A stretch of 64,000 bases of DNA, from assembly GCA_028023455.1 (NCBI GenBank), contig JAQFVV010000009.1:10478001-10542000 (forward strand). The letters run 5' to 3'. The notes beneath the pieces are model-generated. The model saw only the letters and a program-made list of their open reading frames with translations. It made no database searches and was not told where the DNA came from. The translations under genes were made by a program, and so were the position numbers. Below are positions 12,420 to 25,811 of this stretch, one piece after another (position 1 is the stretch's first letter; the number at the start of each line of letters is the position of its first letter). Source of the stretch: Epiperipatus broadwayi (lineage: Eukaryota > Animalia > Onychophora).

Positions 12420-12902
12420 ATAATAATAAATGGTTTAAATGGGTTTTATCGGTTCTTACTTATGGATCTGAGATTTGGACACTTAATAGAAGAGCAATGC
12501 AGAGACTTCAGTCCACTCAAAGAAGTATAGAGAGATATGTGTTGGAAGTAGCAAGAAGAGATCAAAAATACAATATATGGGTAAGAGAACAAACGGGTGT
12601 TACTGACCTCATTGAAAAAATTAAAGCATTGAAGTGGAGTTGGGCTGGACATATTGCTAGAAGAAATGATAATAGATGGACAATTAAAATCATAAACTGG
12701 ATTCCAAGAGATTGTAAAAGACCCAGGAAGAGATCACATGTGAGATGGATGGATGAAATAAGAAAGTGTGCAGGGATGATGTGAAGAAAAAAAATTAAAG
12801 ATCTGAGATGGATTGAACTTGGAGAAGATCTGAGAAGATGTATTGAACTTGAAGAGATCTTCATCCTGCAGTGGATTGATAATGGTTGATGATGATGATG
12901 AT
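12420..12902 (+). mobile_element. RTE-clade LINE, 5'-truncated 3' end
   Basis: LTYGSEIWTL...LKWSWAGHIARRNDNRWT...RW.DEI C-terminal RT/thumb motifs and a (GAT)n tail at 12885-12902. Closely similar to 56360-56790. Confidence 0.9.
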
Positions 12903-14554
12903 GAATATGATTACTATCAAATTAATAATCATTAATTTATTGAGAAAAAACTGATTGGGATTCCAATTTCATTTGTTTTATCACAGTTAAATTAAAACTG
13001 CTATATATTGGTTAAGGATATAAGGAATGATAGTCAACAAAAACATTTTGTGAGAATCCATTGGTACACACACATACACAGATACAAGGAATTTCCAATA
13101 AAAATAAATTTCCTTAATGTTTTTATTTCAAATTGGAATAAATCAATAAAGTTTATAATAATTATTTCTAATTCATTTTTTTCTTTTATAACAAATTGAT
13201 TACTAATCAATAATTTAAATATATCAACAGCAATGTCACATGACTTTTTTTATATGCATTCTTATGTGCTTTTAGGAGCAATTCTCTTCATTCCATTCTA
13301 GAACTATCTAGGTAAATTTGAGTAATCAATAGACACCAAATGTTACAGTGCCCTAATATTCTTATCCCTAGATCTGTTTCTGATATTTATCTTTGCCACT
13401 GAAGATATTCCCACTAGAATTAATATGTTTATGCATTTAATGACCATCATTTAATACTACTCAAGATAATATTCTAAAATAAAAAAAACCTAAGGTTTTG
13501 AAGTCAAACTAACTCATTTGCATAGTTATATAAATCATATACTAGATCAGTATCTATATATTTTATCACCTTATTCACCACAATTTTATATCAATTGAAG
13601 ACTCATTCTTTTTCTGTGGGTAGGAATGTTAATGCCAACAACAGCATTATAACTTCCTCATATGCTTACTCTATGAATTTCAAGAGTCTTTTTTCATCAT
13701 ATTTTAATATCATCTACTGCAAATTTGAGTAATTATTAAATCCCAGATGATATGTAATATTCCTATCCCCAGACCAGTTGTTAACCTTGCACTATTTGAT
13801 ATCCATTGATTACTCAAGGTTAGTAGAATTAAAAGAACTAATTTAAAAAACATACAAGAAAGTTATGTGATATTGTTATCATTTTAAATTTTCCTAGCCA
13901 AAAGATAGAATGAGTATAGTTGGTATGAAATTGATTCATCTAAAATAGACAGAAAAAGGATCTGGTGCCAGTTACATATGTATGATTGATTGTTTTTAGT
14001 TTAAAACCTGAGAGTCTTTCTAATATCAGGCTATTAACTTGAACAGTACAAAGGAATAAAAGATGGTTGCTACATGCATCAGTACATTCGTTCCAGATTT
14101 TAGATTGGTATCAAGATTTGAATTATGCTCTGACAAAACTTATTATTTATTATACATATACACCTTGCATGATGTTCCAATATTAATCTGTTATGCTATA
14201 ATTTTACATATAGTGGATGAAGATTGTTTATACACAGTGAAACTGTTTTACCATAAGCGTTTAATCTCATGATTAGAATTAAGTGATACTATATATTTTA
14301 AATGCATATATGTAATATTTTATTATGTAAATGATATTGTTTATATATTATATTCCATTTACTTTATGCTTTTAAACACTATATAGAGTTTCTAACGCTA
14401 TATTGGGATAATTAACTGATAAATGGGAGAGTCATCATATTCTTGATATTAATGCATATTTAAAGATGTAGATAATGGAACTTGGGTTTTTTTTATAAAG
14501 TAATCTAAAAATAAATATATCAAGAGTGGGATATAGATTTATACCTTTTCAACA

Positions 14555-14990
14555 TTTTTAAGTACATGAGGGATTAGAATGACTAAATGGTCAACATGGG
14601 TAGGATGACAACCCTGGCACTAATATGGGTTTTGAATATTCCATCATCAGATTTTCAATGAAATGGATGGCTGAAGAATTGTGGGTTGGAATAGTTTGAA
14701 GTCTGTCCATTAAAGTATGAAAATTGGCTATCTTAATATAAAGCTGAGCACTGATTGTATATATGTGTGGAGATAGTAATCTGGACCAATTGATGTCTGC
14801 TGGTTTAGCATGAAATATGTATATTGGTGATTATTTATCTTTTCAACATGTGTATGATCAGGTGGGTCAGCAGTATAAGATGGCATGGAGAGCTGAGGGT
14901 CATGTGAAAGTCTGAGCTTGAATCCCTTATATATTATTTTCTATATGTGCAGGTGTGTAAGCCTGTACAGTGTATTCATTTAAATATTTT
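14555..14990 (-). repeat. Copy of the ~469-bp HHR/B-box repeat family (reverse orientation)
   Basis: Reverse complement aligns along its length with 29232-29580 and 7425-7680, including gaaaatctgatgatggaa. Confidence 0.8.
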
Positions 14991-15594
14991 TTTTGTAACT
15001 TTTTTTTATAAAGTAATCTATAAATATAAATAGCTTTCAAAAAACTAATCAGGTATTTATGCATAGTTCATCACTGAAATATAAAATATTTAACTTTAAT
15101 GTGAAATAGATTTGTTTAAAAGTTTTTATAAAGTAACCTCAAAATAAATGTGCTTGTGTTTGTATGGATAATAAAGTGTTCAGTTAATGAAAAATTGAAC
15201 ATTTACATATTACTGAAAAATGAAACATTTTGCCATAACAAAACCTTAGCTAACCCATTGATAACTATCAAAAGCAGTCTTTTGATCTCATAACTGGAGT
15301 AAACATTCAGACTGATTGAATATTCATGGTTTGAATCCAAATTCTGAAGAAGATGAACAGTCATACTTTCCAAACTACTTACATTTTCATTTGGATAATA
15401 TGTGCTACCTTGGTAATAAAATAGTGGCAAAACAGAATTTTTTTTAGCCTTTCTTTAGGATGTTTGCTCTGTTTATCACCAATAATCAAAATAGCAAAAA
15501 ACAAATAATGTGTGATTTTACTCTTCTTTATTATTATTACTTGTTACTATCTCAGTTCTTTCCTTTATTGTACTATATACTGATTAAATAACAC

Positions 15595-15701
15595 ATTTTC
15601 TTTTTTTTAAGTGTCATAGCATAGGCTGGGATGCGAACCCGCAACCCGGACAAATGCCTGCAAGTGCAAGGCAGTCGCGCTGACCTTTCGACCACCAATG
15701 C
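15595..15701 (-). mobile_element. Short tRNA-derived SINE or tRNA pseudogene (tRNA-Gly-like ends)
   Basis: Minus strand GCATTGGTGGTCGAAAGG...GGGTTCGCATCCCAGCCTATGC, then a ~10-nt tail and poly(A). Ends resemble tRNA-Gly(GCC); the anticodon and variable arms are non-canonical. Confidence 0.7.
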
Positions 15702-17123
15702 ACATAAAACTTGACATTTACAGTTAACCCTTATTTTTTATCTGCTTTGGATAATAAATAGAAAAATTAAAAAACTTTGAAGGGCAAATAAGAAAATTAA
15801 AAAAAAAGTAATTTACAATTAATAAGATTTGCCATTATATATATATATAATATACAATGAATTTGTATTTTAGTATGTGTACTTTTATGAAAATTCAATT
15901 TTGCCTAAGCATGTTCAGTTTACCAATGAGTTATTCCAGTATAGGCACAGTAAAAGCAGAAACCTAGAGAAAAATCTAATGTAGTACAACTATATTGGTA
16001 CCATTTTTATATACATACAATATGGTAATACATCTTTGATACTTTAATTTAAAATTATATGTGCACAGGTTTTTTTTTTTTACCATTTTGAATGCATTAT
16101 TTATATCAGAATAAAAATGGTTGAAATTTTTAAAAAAAATTTAAAAAATGCAAAATAATTGCAGCATTAATATTTTTAAAAATTTTATACATTCATTAAG
16201 CCATCAACAAAAGTAAAGATATTACTTTTTTTTAGCATTCTTCCTGTGTTTAAAGTTGTTGATGATAAAATGCAAAAAATACAATATCTAAGTGATATTG
16301 CATTGATTAGTTTATAGTTTCAAGTATATGTTTAACTATGCAATACATTTTGTAATGGGAATAATATTTTGGATTGGGTTGCAATAAAAATAAGAAATTC
16401 AAATTTCATTTTTTTTTACTTGTTTTTAATCCTTTATTCTTTATTACATTTTTTGAACCATGGATAAGTGAATTAATGAAGTCTGAGATATTAGATACTG
16501 AAAGTTTTAATATCATTAAAATGAAAATAATAAATAAATATGATTTAAAACATTTAAATTTAATAAAACTTTAAAAATACAACATCAACAACCACAATAA
16601 TAGTTTTTTGATTATTTTTATTTTTATTGTTTTTATTATACTTAAATATATACCCATATATTTGTGTATAAATATATAATATTCACACATCTATATAAGT
16701 GTATGCATTCATTCATATATATATATATTAAATGAAAATTTAGGGGGGTAGCCCATGAGTATGTATGTCACACATTGATGTGCCAATTAGTATTAGACCA
16801 ATGTAGAATAGATATTTTTCATCAGTTTAACTTATGTAGAGCACCACATCAAGGTACTGGATGGTAATCTTAGGCTATTAACCTATATAACAATTTCTCT
16901 ATTATATATAAAGTCTAAAATCAATAGAGGAGTATGAGATTACAGTAATATAATGAATAATTAAGACTATGTAATAATGAGCTAAAAAAGCCAAGAATTA
17001 ATAAAAAAAAAAAAAATTAATTAACTATTAATCATTTTTTATTGCTAAAGGCAGATGATTGCTTTTTTTTGTTTTATTTTTTGACAAAATTTATTATTGA
17101 TTATTACTTTAAATTTTTTAATA

Positions 17124-17340
17124 ATTATATTTGTAAAGCGCATACTCATTATGTAAAGTAATATATATTAAGGCTATGTACCTGAAAAAATAACAGTAGG
17201 GACCTCTGCAAATCTTTAATACAAAATTTATTTAAAAGACAAGAGATGCTCTTGTCTTTTAAATTAATCTTGTGTTAAAAACTTGCAGAGATCTCTACTG
17301 TCGTTTTTTTCAGGCGCATAGTCTTAAGATTATAGTCTAA
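17124..17340. mobile_element. Palindromic MITE-like element
   Basis: 17168-17327 is a ~160-bp hairpin (TTAAggctatg...catagtcTTAA, centre aagag-atg-ctctt). A second copy lies at 34920-35090. Confidence 0.75.
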
Positions 17341-18839
17341 ATTTTTTAGTGATTTTCTCAGAATCATATAATTAAAAAATAAAAGTTATTTAAAATCTAA
17401 ACTATCAACTTTGCAAATTAAAAAAAAAGTGTAACAGATAATAATAGATAAAAGAAGGGATTTCCAAATATTGGAAACGTTTTAACAGGAGTTTGTATCA
17501 GTTGATGCCATGTAAGTATTTAATTAACTAATTTTGTTTTAAAACAATTATTTTGAAATAAAAATTTAATAAAAATATTAAATATTTATAGAGAAACAAA
17601 TTATCTAATAATTATACTAAAAAAATAATAAACAAGTGAGGAAAAATAAGTGTAAATTTATTTACAATCTAATCAAAGGATGATACAGGATGCGCATGAT
17701 AATGATTTCACTTTTATTAACTTATTTTTTCTTTACTTCTCAATTTTTCTCTGAAACATAATAACATGTAAGGAATATACTTGGAATTAAAGTCTAAAGG
17801 TTTTTCAAATGTCAAAAATAACTTATAGTATCTATTTTTTTTGTCATTAACAAATTCAATGAAGAAAATCACATTAGCACTATTTAGGGATTCCTAATGT
17901 CAGAGTCAATTCTAGGAAAAGGTTAGTATGATAATGATTAATATTGAAATCATCTATTTTACAAAATTACAAATCAAAATTTATGCATTAAATAAAAAAA
18001 AAAGAAAAAGTAATAAGAGTTATTATGGAAGTTGCACTGCTCTAAATATTAATTGAGCTGAACATTTCAAATTTAAATATTTTAATATTTATATAGTACT
18101 ATAATAATTGCAACGATACTCTAACATCCTTATATATTAAATTATAAAAAAATGATTTTACATCAAAATTATCTCTTAATATATATATATTAGAATTGTT
18201 GAATATATATATTATTTGAAAGAATATAAATTATTTCTTATGAATATTTGAATGTTCAAAATAAAAAGTTAAAGTTTAAAAATATTTTATACTTAAAGAT
18301 TTACCAATTTAGCATAAGAACATTATTTTTTATTCACAACTGTGATTAAATTTAAAAAAAAAGCAAACAAATAAATCAAATATTTTTCTTAGAAAAAATA
18401 AATTTATTTTATATCTAATCAAAGATATAAACATGCAATATCTAAAGAAAAAACTAAATGAAATTTATTATTGATCTTGATACTATATATGTTATATTAT
18501 TTATCATTATCATGATGTGAAATGTTAATGTTTCAGTATACAAATATTGCAACATCAATTAGTTCAACTAATTATTTATACTATAATTTACCTAAACTGT
18601 TATAAACTTTTATGCTTTATCTATTTTAATATTTATAGTGCTAAAGTCATAAATGAGCAGTAAATATTTTCTCTAATATAACTTATTTTTGCCTTTTCTT
18701 CCCCTTACATAGATGGCATTTGAAATAATTTTTTTTCCATTGCTGCAAACTTTTTTAAAAAGTTTTTTTCTCAGTGATGAAATGTTTATTCATAAAAAAA
18801 ACATATACAGTAAAATAAATGAAATTTCAGGAGCAACAT

Positions 18840-19250
18840 GGTAAGAGGGGAAGGATACATGTAAAAAGGAAATGGGAAGTGGAGAGGGGAAATGGTGTGT
18901 AGTCCAGGCCGGTCAGAAATGCATGTCTTCGTGGTTGAGTCCTATGACAGAAGCTGAGAGGATGGGAGTTAGAGGATTGCCTAAGTGTCTGTGAGGAATG
19001 GAGGTGGGGCTAGTTTGGTATCTCGGGTTTTGAGAATGCGAATTAGGTCCTAGAGATTTTGATTGACTGAATGTACTTTCTGGTCAAGGATAATGGCACA
19101 TCGGAGCAACCAGAGAGCATAGATGAGAAAAACTGATAGTCTAATAGCTGCAAAGGCCCCTGTTTCAATGGATTTTTGTAAGTTGAAGATGGTATTTCTG
19201 TGTGAGAAAAGGCAGGAGTTGATGACATTTGTCATGCCAAGCAAAGATTT
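18840..19250 (-). mobile_element. Possible LINE 3'-end remnant
   Basis: GC-richer island. Minus-strand IYALWLLRCAIILDQK resembles the L1/Tx1 C-terminal W..R...IF motif and is followed by a pyrimidine-rich tail. Weak. Confidence 0.3.
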
Positions 19251-20949
19251 CTAAACATTTTATTTAAACAAGCTTTTGAAAAGTCTTATTTTTAAGTAGT
19301 TATTTTTTAAAATTAAATTAAGATAATATTAGATTACTTTTATAATATAATAACAGTATACTTGATGGAATACTATTTATTTTTATTACATGTATATTTA
19401 TTATTTTCTATTTCATAATAAGTAATTTAAAAGTTTTATTATAAATATTTTTAGAGATTTGTGAATTTGGCTTGCCAACATAAAAGAAACACAACGTTAA
19501 ATTGGGAGTTTAGATTAATCAAATTAAAATTATTTTTCTCAAGACACGTTTTCATCTGTCTTTAAACAAAATTTACAACTTGCAGAAAAATAAATGTGTC
19601 TAAATTCATGACTTTTCAAGCAACTTACTATTTAATTATTATTATTACTTTACTGTTTATCATTATATATATTTTTTAATCTTGATTATAATGACTTACT
19701 AATAATAGTAAACATATTTCTTATTGATCATTTATAGTGAGGTCTTCACTGAATTTTGTCTTTAACTAGTATTGTTGTATTTCTTTCAGTTAAACTAATA
19801 TTTAAACGAAAGTTGCGAATTTTATTCTAAATTCTTTGGATTAGATTTGTCAACAAAAAATTAATTATTTTTTCTTTCAAAATCTTTTTATTCATTACTG
19901 TATATTAACTTATTCAATCAAATATTTTTCAAATGTAATAAGATCGAATATGATAGAGCAAATATAAAACTTTGTCATTAAAAAAAAAATTCTTCTCTTA
20001 ATAGTTTCAACTCAAATTTTGTTTGAAGGAGAAAAAAAAACCCAAACAATTTTGTTTGGTCTAGAAAAACATGTGTTAGTTTTTCAAGTGATATAATTTT
20101 TTTTAAAAAAATGTTGTCAGACAAGTTTGAAATTCTGAACATTTTATATATTAAAAAATCATTACATAAATTAGATGAAACAAAAGGAAAAAAGTATTTG
20201 ATATCTGAAAATACAAGAATGTTAGGTTGAAGTGTATGTAAATATAAATGAACTTATTGCAAATATTTTTTTTTAAAAAACCCTTAACATATTACATTTA
20301 TGAATAACTATGGAAATACTTTCATTTATGCTTAAATTTAAAATAATAATAACTCAAATATTTTTTTTTCCAGGACACATTTCACTATCAGTCATAGTTG
20401 AACTAGTGATATGTAGTGAGATTAGTAAGAAAATAAGCAGTTAATTTTTCTTGGAAATTTAGATAAATATAAATGAAATGATTGCTTTAAATAAATTATT
20501 AAATTCATTAATTCCAACTGAATTCCAAATTTTAGGCCGTTAGACAAAAAGAAAACTTGGCTAATGAATTTTTTTTTTTTACATTCAGTAAATCAAGTTA
20601 TCATGTCGTAATAACTATTATAGATTTTGTCTAATATAGGTTTTAATTTTTTATTTAAATTTGTCATTTTTGATTTTGGTCTTCATGTCTTTATTATTGT
20701 TTCTTTATCAATAAAATTTTAGAAATCCATATGATGTCAGTAAAGTATAATTTGTTCTATATTTATCAATAGATTTGCTCATTTTAAAATTGTAATGACT
20801 ATAAATATAAATATATATTATAAAAATATATACAATATTAATCAAAAAGCTTACTTTACTGATACATGATAAATTTAAAAAAAACAACATTTATAATATT
20901 TGAATGACATTAGCAAATTAATTCCTTCAGGACATAGACAAATATTATA

Positions 20950-21240
20950 CAATATATTCTATTATGAATATTTTTATGACTTTATACTGTATCACTTTGG
21001 GATTGAATTCAAAAATTGTTTTAACAGAGACAAAATACTAAATAGACTATTCCAAATATATTTAAACTACTGGTTTTTTACAGGGGCACACATTCGCATA
21101 CCTATAAGGATTTAATTCAAAAATTGCATTCACAAGTGCTTATAGATATGATAAAGCATATGCCAGTTTGAGAAAGTGCTAACAGAGCACTGTATTGTGG
21201 AAGCAGTAGTTATATAACATTCAACAAATAGGTAGAATGC
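20950..21240 (+). mobile_element. Possible Tc1/mariner transposase C-terminal remnant
   Basis: YLNYWFFTG...IRI*...QFEKVLTEHCI resembles the P.D..FWG.LK / F..R...CI..G.H region. Stops present. Confidence 0.4.
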
Positions 21241-21526
21241 TTAATTTTGCCATTTTTAATGAAAAAATTAAATGATTGATTGTGTTATTTTTTACAGAAA
21301 AGGATTAAGACTGTACTGCATTAGTGTACATCAGACAAATTTTTATAAAATAGGGTTAATACATTTTAATTTTGACAGATAAAGTTATGATATTCACTTT
21401 TATATGATGAACATACAAGTTTCTTTATATATATATATATATATAAAGGCTATGAAAACAAACTTTTTTAAAAAATACACATTGAATGACAACAGTTGAA
21501 TAATTTTATTTCAAGGGTGTATTTTT

Positions 21527-21820
21527 TTTATAAAAGAGAAAATTGAGAGAGAGATGAGGGGTGAGTGGAGGAGGAACAAAGAAGATGTTGAGAGGGAAGA
21601 GGAGAGAAGGAAGAAAAGATGAAAAAAGAGAGGGAAGGATAGAAAGAGAGAGGGAAAGGGGGAGAAAAGGAAAGAGACAGGATAAAGGACAGAGAGACAT
21701 AAAGAGATGGGAAAAGAAAGAAAAAAGGGAGAGACAGAGGAGAGAGGAAAGGGATGGGAGACAAAGAGGGGCAAGAAGGAGATGGGGGAGGAGAGGTAAA
21801 GAGATGAAGGGAGAGAGATT
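21527..21820 (+). repeat. GA-rich low-complexity (polypurine) tract
   Basis: Almost only G and A on the + strand; it accounts for four overlapping spurious ORFs. Confidence 0.95.
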
Positions 21821-23033
21821 TAAAAAATTATCTGGGGTTGTTTAGCATATTGGAGGAAAGGATAGATTAAAAAGTTGAATATTCCTTTATCAGTATTTAG
21901 CTAAAGAAATTATGAAATCTTTGTTGAGTAAAATTGGGTGAAACTATTGTGCACAACCTGTTACTTTAATATTAATTCTCTTCTGAGTTACCAACTATAT
22001 ATACATTACATTTTAAATAAATAATATCGTTAATATTTTTATTAAATAAAATAAGGTCACTTTTTAAATGCTTTTATTAAAGTTGGAAAATCAGTTTGTT
22101 TAGTTTATCCTTTTCAAGTTAGAATGAAATTTTTAAATTGAGATTTAATATATTTAAATTTAGTGGAAGTACTTAAAATTGATATATAAGCAAGTGATAT
22201 CAGCCTAATTCATTGGAAATACTTTTCAGTATATCAATTAGTTTTATAGATTTGAAATAGAGGGCAAGAAAATATTAAAAATATTCAATAACTTCATTAA
22301 CATTTATTTTGAGAACTTTGATTTCTTTTAAATAATGATCATGAGAAGTCAGTATAATTTTTTTTTCTTTCAATTTTAATAACATATTTTAGCCATTTTA
22401 AAGTCTTAATATATATATCATATTTAGTATGTTTACCTAATTATATATATACAATAAATCAGTAACTAAGTTTTCTATTTAAAATTGTTTGATTGTTTTT
22501 ATTTTAAAACAATTGTTTTTTTTAAAAAAAAGGCTAACTAGGAAACTCACATTATTTAAAACTATCATGAAAAGTTAAAAAAAAAAAACTTGCAATAATT
22601 ATTTAAAACAATGATCACACATTTTCTTCTTTAGCGTTTTTTTTTAAAAAATAACTTTTTAAATAAAAATAAAAGCTATCAAACAATTTTAAATAATACA
22701 TATATAATTATGTACACATATTAAATATAGACCTTATACACTATGTCTGTGATACTGATTTAAAGTAAAATTATATATATATTAAGTAAAGTTCATTTTT
22801 AGTATATACATATCTATTATTATGTACATGTACTAACTATGATATATACATAGACGATATACATTTTAACTTATAGCAGAAATATCTAGTGATATATGGT
22901 TGGGCTAAATGTTTATCAAGCTCTATTTAAATGGTCAATTGTATAAAATTTTATTTTTTAATTGATAATAATTAAATATATTGAATACATGTATTATATG
23001 GTGTGTTATCATGATTGCTAAATTATATTATGA

Positions 23034-24348
23034 AAATCGCACTTTACGCAAAAAAGTGAAGCTTATTATTATTAGAAAAGAATTATATGGCTAAGCGCTT
23101 TCAGAGAACTTAAGTCTTCATATTCACAGCTTATTTTAAGTGAAGTTTAGTGGTAATTTATGCAACATTTATGCAAAGTTTTCTTTTATAAAGACCATTT
23201 TCTGGAGATTGCAAAGCACAATTCTTTTCGGTTTATTGCATAGTTATCATTTGCAATAAAGCATGCCTCTTTAATCTTCCTTTTCATATCATTATGTTCA
23301 GTGCACAGTGCCCTTGTCACAGTGCATTCAAACACATAACTGATATTCAAAAAGAGCTGCAAACACAAATCTCCTTAACAATTAACTGCATACCAGAAAG
23401 CCTCCAGCACAATGTTAAACACCTGGATATTCAAGTTCATAGAGACCCGCACCAACTTACTTATGACATGATAATCAAGCCATTGGAAATTCAAGGATTT
23501 ATACATCCAAACTCAAACTCTCCCAAACTCACATAAATTGGCTGGACTCACATCCTTCCTGTACAGAAATCACAGACTATGTAAATTTGAAGCCAACTGC
23601 AAAACAAACCTTACAAATTATATTAAAGATCTGGAAAATATTGGATTTTCACACAACATTATCTACAAAAAGATTAAAGAATTTCAAACTAACCTACAAC
23701 TGACACTGTTAGAAACAATAAACCAAGAATGCTGCTACATTACATACCATCAATTGCTAGGAAATATAAAATATTTGCTGAATCCTTCAAACTAGGATTC
23801 CACACCCCACCTTCAACAAACAGAATGGTAAACAATACCAAAGATAAAATACCTTCTGATCAAATAGCCCAAGCAGTTTATAAAATTTCATGCCCAATCA
23901 ATGGATGTAGAACAGCATATTATGGAGAGACCCGTGTGAACATTACCATCAGAACATCTCAACATCATTATTTACACAGGAGAGCTCTAAATAATACTGA
24001 AAACAAATCCATATTCTTTGAGCACCAAAAAACAACAAGCCATGTGTTTGAACCCACTATGGCAAGGGCACTGTGCACTGAATGTAATGATATAAAATGA
24101 AAGATTAATGAGGCATACTTTATTGCAAATGACAACTATGCAATAAACCAAAAAGAATCATGCTTTGCAATCTCCAGAAAATCGTCTTTATGAAAGAAAA
24201 CTTTGCATAAATGTTGCATAAATTACTGCTATACTTCACTTAAAGTAGTCTGTGAATATGAAGACTTAAGTTCTCTGAAAGTGCTCAGCCGTATAATTCT
24301 TTTTTAATAATAATAATAAGATTCACTTTTTTGCATAAAGCGTAATTT
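23034..24348 (+). mobile_element. 5'-truncated Penelope-like retroelement with inverted copy of its 3' end
   Basis: RT-thumb-like HLDIQVHR..IIKP...FIHPNS and GIY-YIG AVYKISCPINGCRTAYYGET....R..QH (23729-24100). 23034-23337 is the reverse complement of 24042-24348. Confidence 0.9.
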
Positions 24349-24849
24349 AAAACTTACAACTCAAAGGTGAAGTAAAAAACAAAGATTTTATTATAAAAAT
24401 AGATAAATTTCATCAATAAATCTTCTGAAATTGATAAAGAATTGGATTGTTCAAGATGTGTGCTAGGCTCTCTGCCAGTTTGTGTATGATATTTTTATAT
24501 GCAGTCTGTCAGATGGATTAATTTTAATAGTATCAAAATAATAATTTATTAGTGTTAATATTAAATTAAAAGTATAGAAATATTTAGTATTTTGTTATTG
24601 TTAAATAATAGTCAAAATGATTTAAAATTATAAATATTATAAATTAATCTTTATAATTAATTCTCAAGCAGATTTTTATTGCAATTTAAAACAGTTTTGA
24701 ACTGCTTAATTAGTTATCATTTATGTTTATAGATGGAGAATTATTAATTGTATGTTAACATATGCACATACAACAATTTACTTGGTTTGTTAATTTTTAT
24801 AATCATTCTCTCTGGTAAAAAGTAATAAATAGGTCAATATAGATTTTTA

Positions 24850-25110
24850 TAAAGGGGAGAAAAACTGAATTAAAGTAGAATGAAAGAAAAGATAAAAACT
24901 GAGGTGAATGAAGAACTGAAAAATTGTTGAAAATATAGTAAAACATGATTTAAATGGAAATGGAATTAAATTAGTAACTTGTAACTCATGGAGTAGAAAC
25001 TGGATTTGATCTACACACATGAAGCACATCATGACTATCATTTGATAATTACAAAAAGTTCACATTAAAACTGGTAGACATATTGGAGAAAAAGCTCACC
25101 AAAATGGACT
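24850..25110 (+). mobile_element. Possible LINE AP-endonuclease remnant
   Basis: NGNGIKLVTC...H.KH..T resembles the N.NG..L..LC....NT.F.H...H..TW motif. Heavily decayed. Confidence 0.35.
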
Positions 25111-25811
25111 TCAAATTTAAACCAACTCAGAAGTTCATAAGATTGAAATTTTACTCTTTATTTTATAAATGTTTTAATTATATTATTTACTGTGTGCATT
25201 ATAAATATAGTTATAATTTATTTGGAATAACAAGAAAGAAGAGAAAGGAGAAAATTATTTTGTAGTTTCAGTTGGAAAATAAATTTAAAAGAAGCAAGGA
25301 CTATGATAAAAGATATTTAATGTTTCTTATTGCTGTTTAAATTTATAAGACACTCATGACGTGTGAAATAGTATTTAAAGTTAACTCCTATTACCACAAT
25401 TTTATTATGCTATATTAATTTTCATTATATAGAGAAAGCAAAATTTTTAAAAAATTGTTCCATTGCAATTAAATAAAAGCACAGCAATAATCTATACCTG
25501 CCTAATTTAACAATATAAATGAAGATACTAAATTATGAAAAATGTTTATTAAGATTCTTAATTTTAAATATTCTCTGTATTGTCTTAAAACTTACATTAG
25601 AGCAAAACTAGATATGCCATCTTAGAATTTTCAGTGGCAAGTGGAATTGACAAATTTATTAATTGAGTTATAAAATTTCATCAATATTGAATTAAATATC
25701 AACTTAATTTTGGTATATTAATTATCATATTAACCACATTATGAATCAGATTTATAATGTGTTAATTATTAAACAATTCCATTAACCAATGAAATATATG
25801 AAACCCATATA

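Noticed and set aside
14660-14712. CTGAAGA...GAAG..GTC on the B-box strand of the 469-bp family, a possible opposite-polarity ribozyme
   Set aside because: G replaces the invariant A15.1 in all copies, and stems I and II do not form in register.
14488-15020. 20-bp direct repeat around the 14555-14990 copy as a TSD
   Set aside because: A third copy occurs at ~15124, so it is more likely a pre-existing local repeat.
18831-18840. 10-nt microexon (cag|GAGCAACATG|gtaaga) in phase with exon 11681-11754
   Set aside because: The donor lies at the edge of a probable LINE remnant; a chance match is likely.
21506-21845. Four overlapping ORFs of 64-94 aa
   Set aside because: Artefacts of the GA-rich low-complexity tract.
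24265-24300. ATGAAGA...GAAAG(C/T)GCT motif in the PLE terminal repeat (mirrored at ~23090-23125)
   Set aside because: Position 3 cannot pair with position 8 and stem I is absent; at best an unrecognisable relic.
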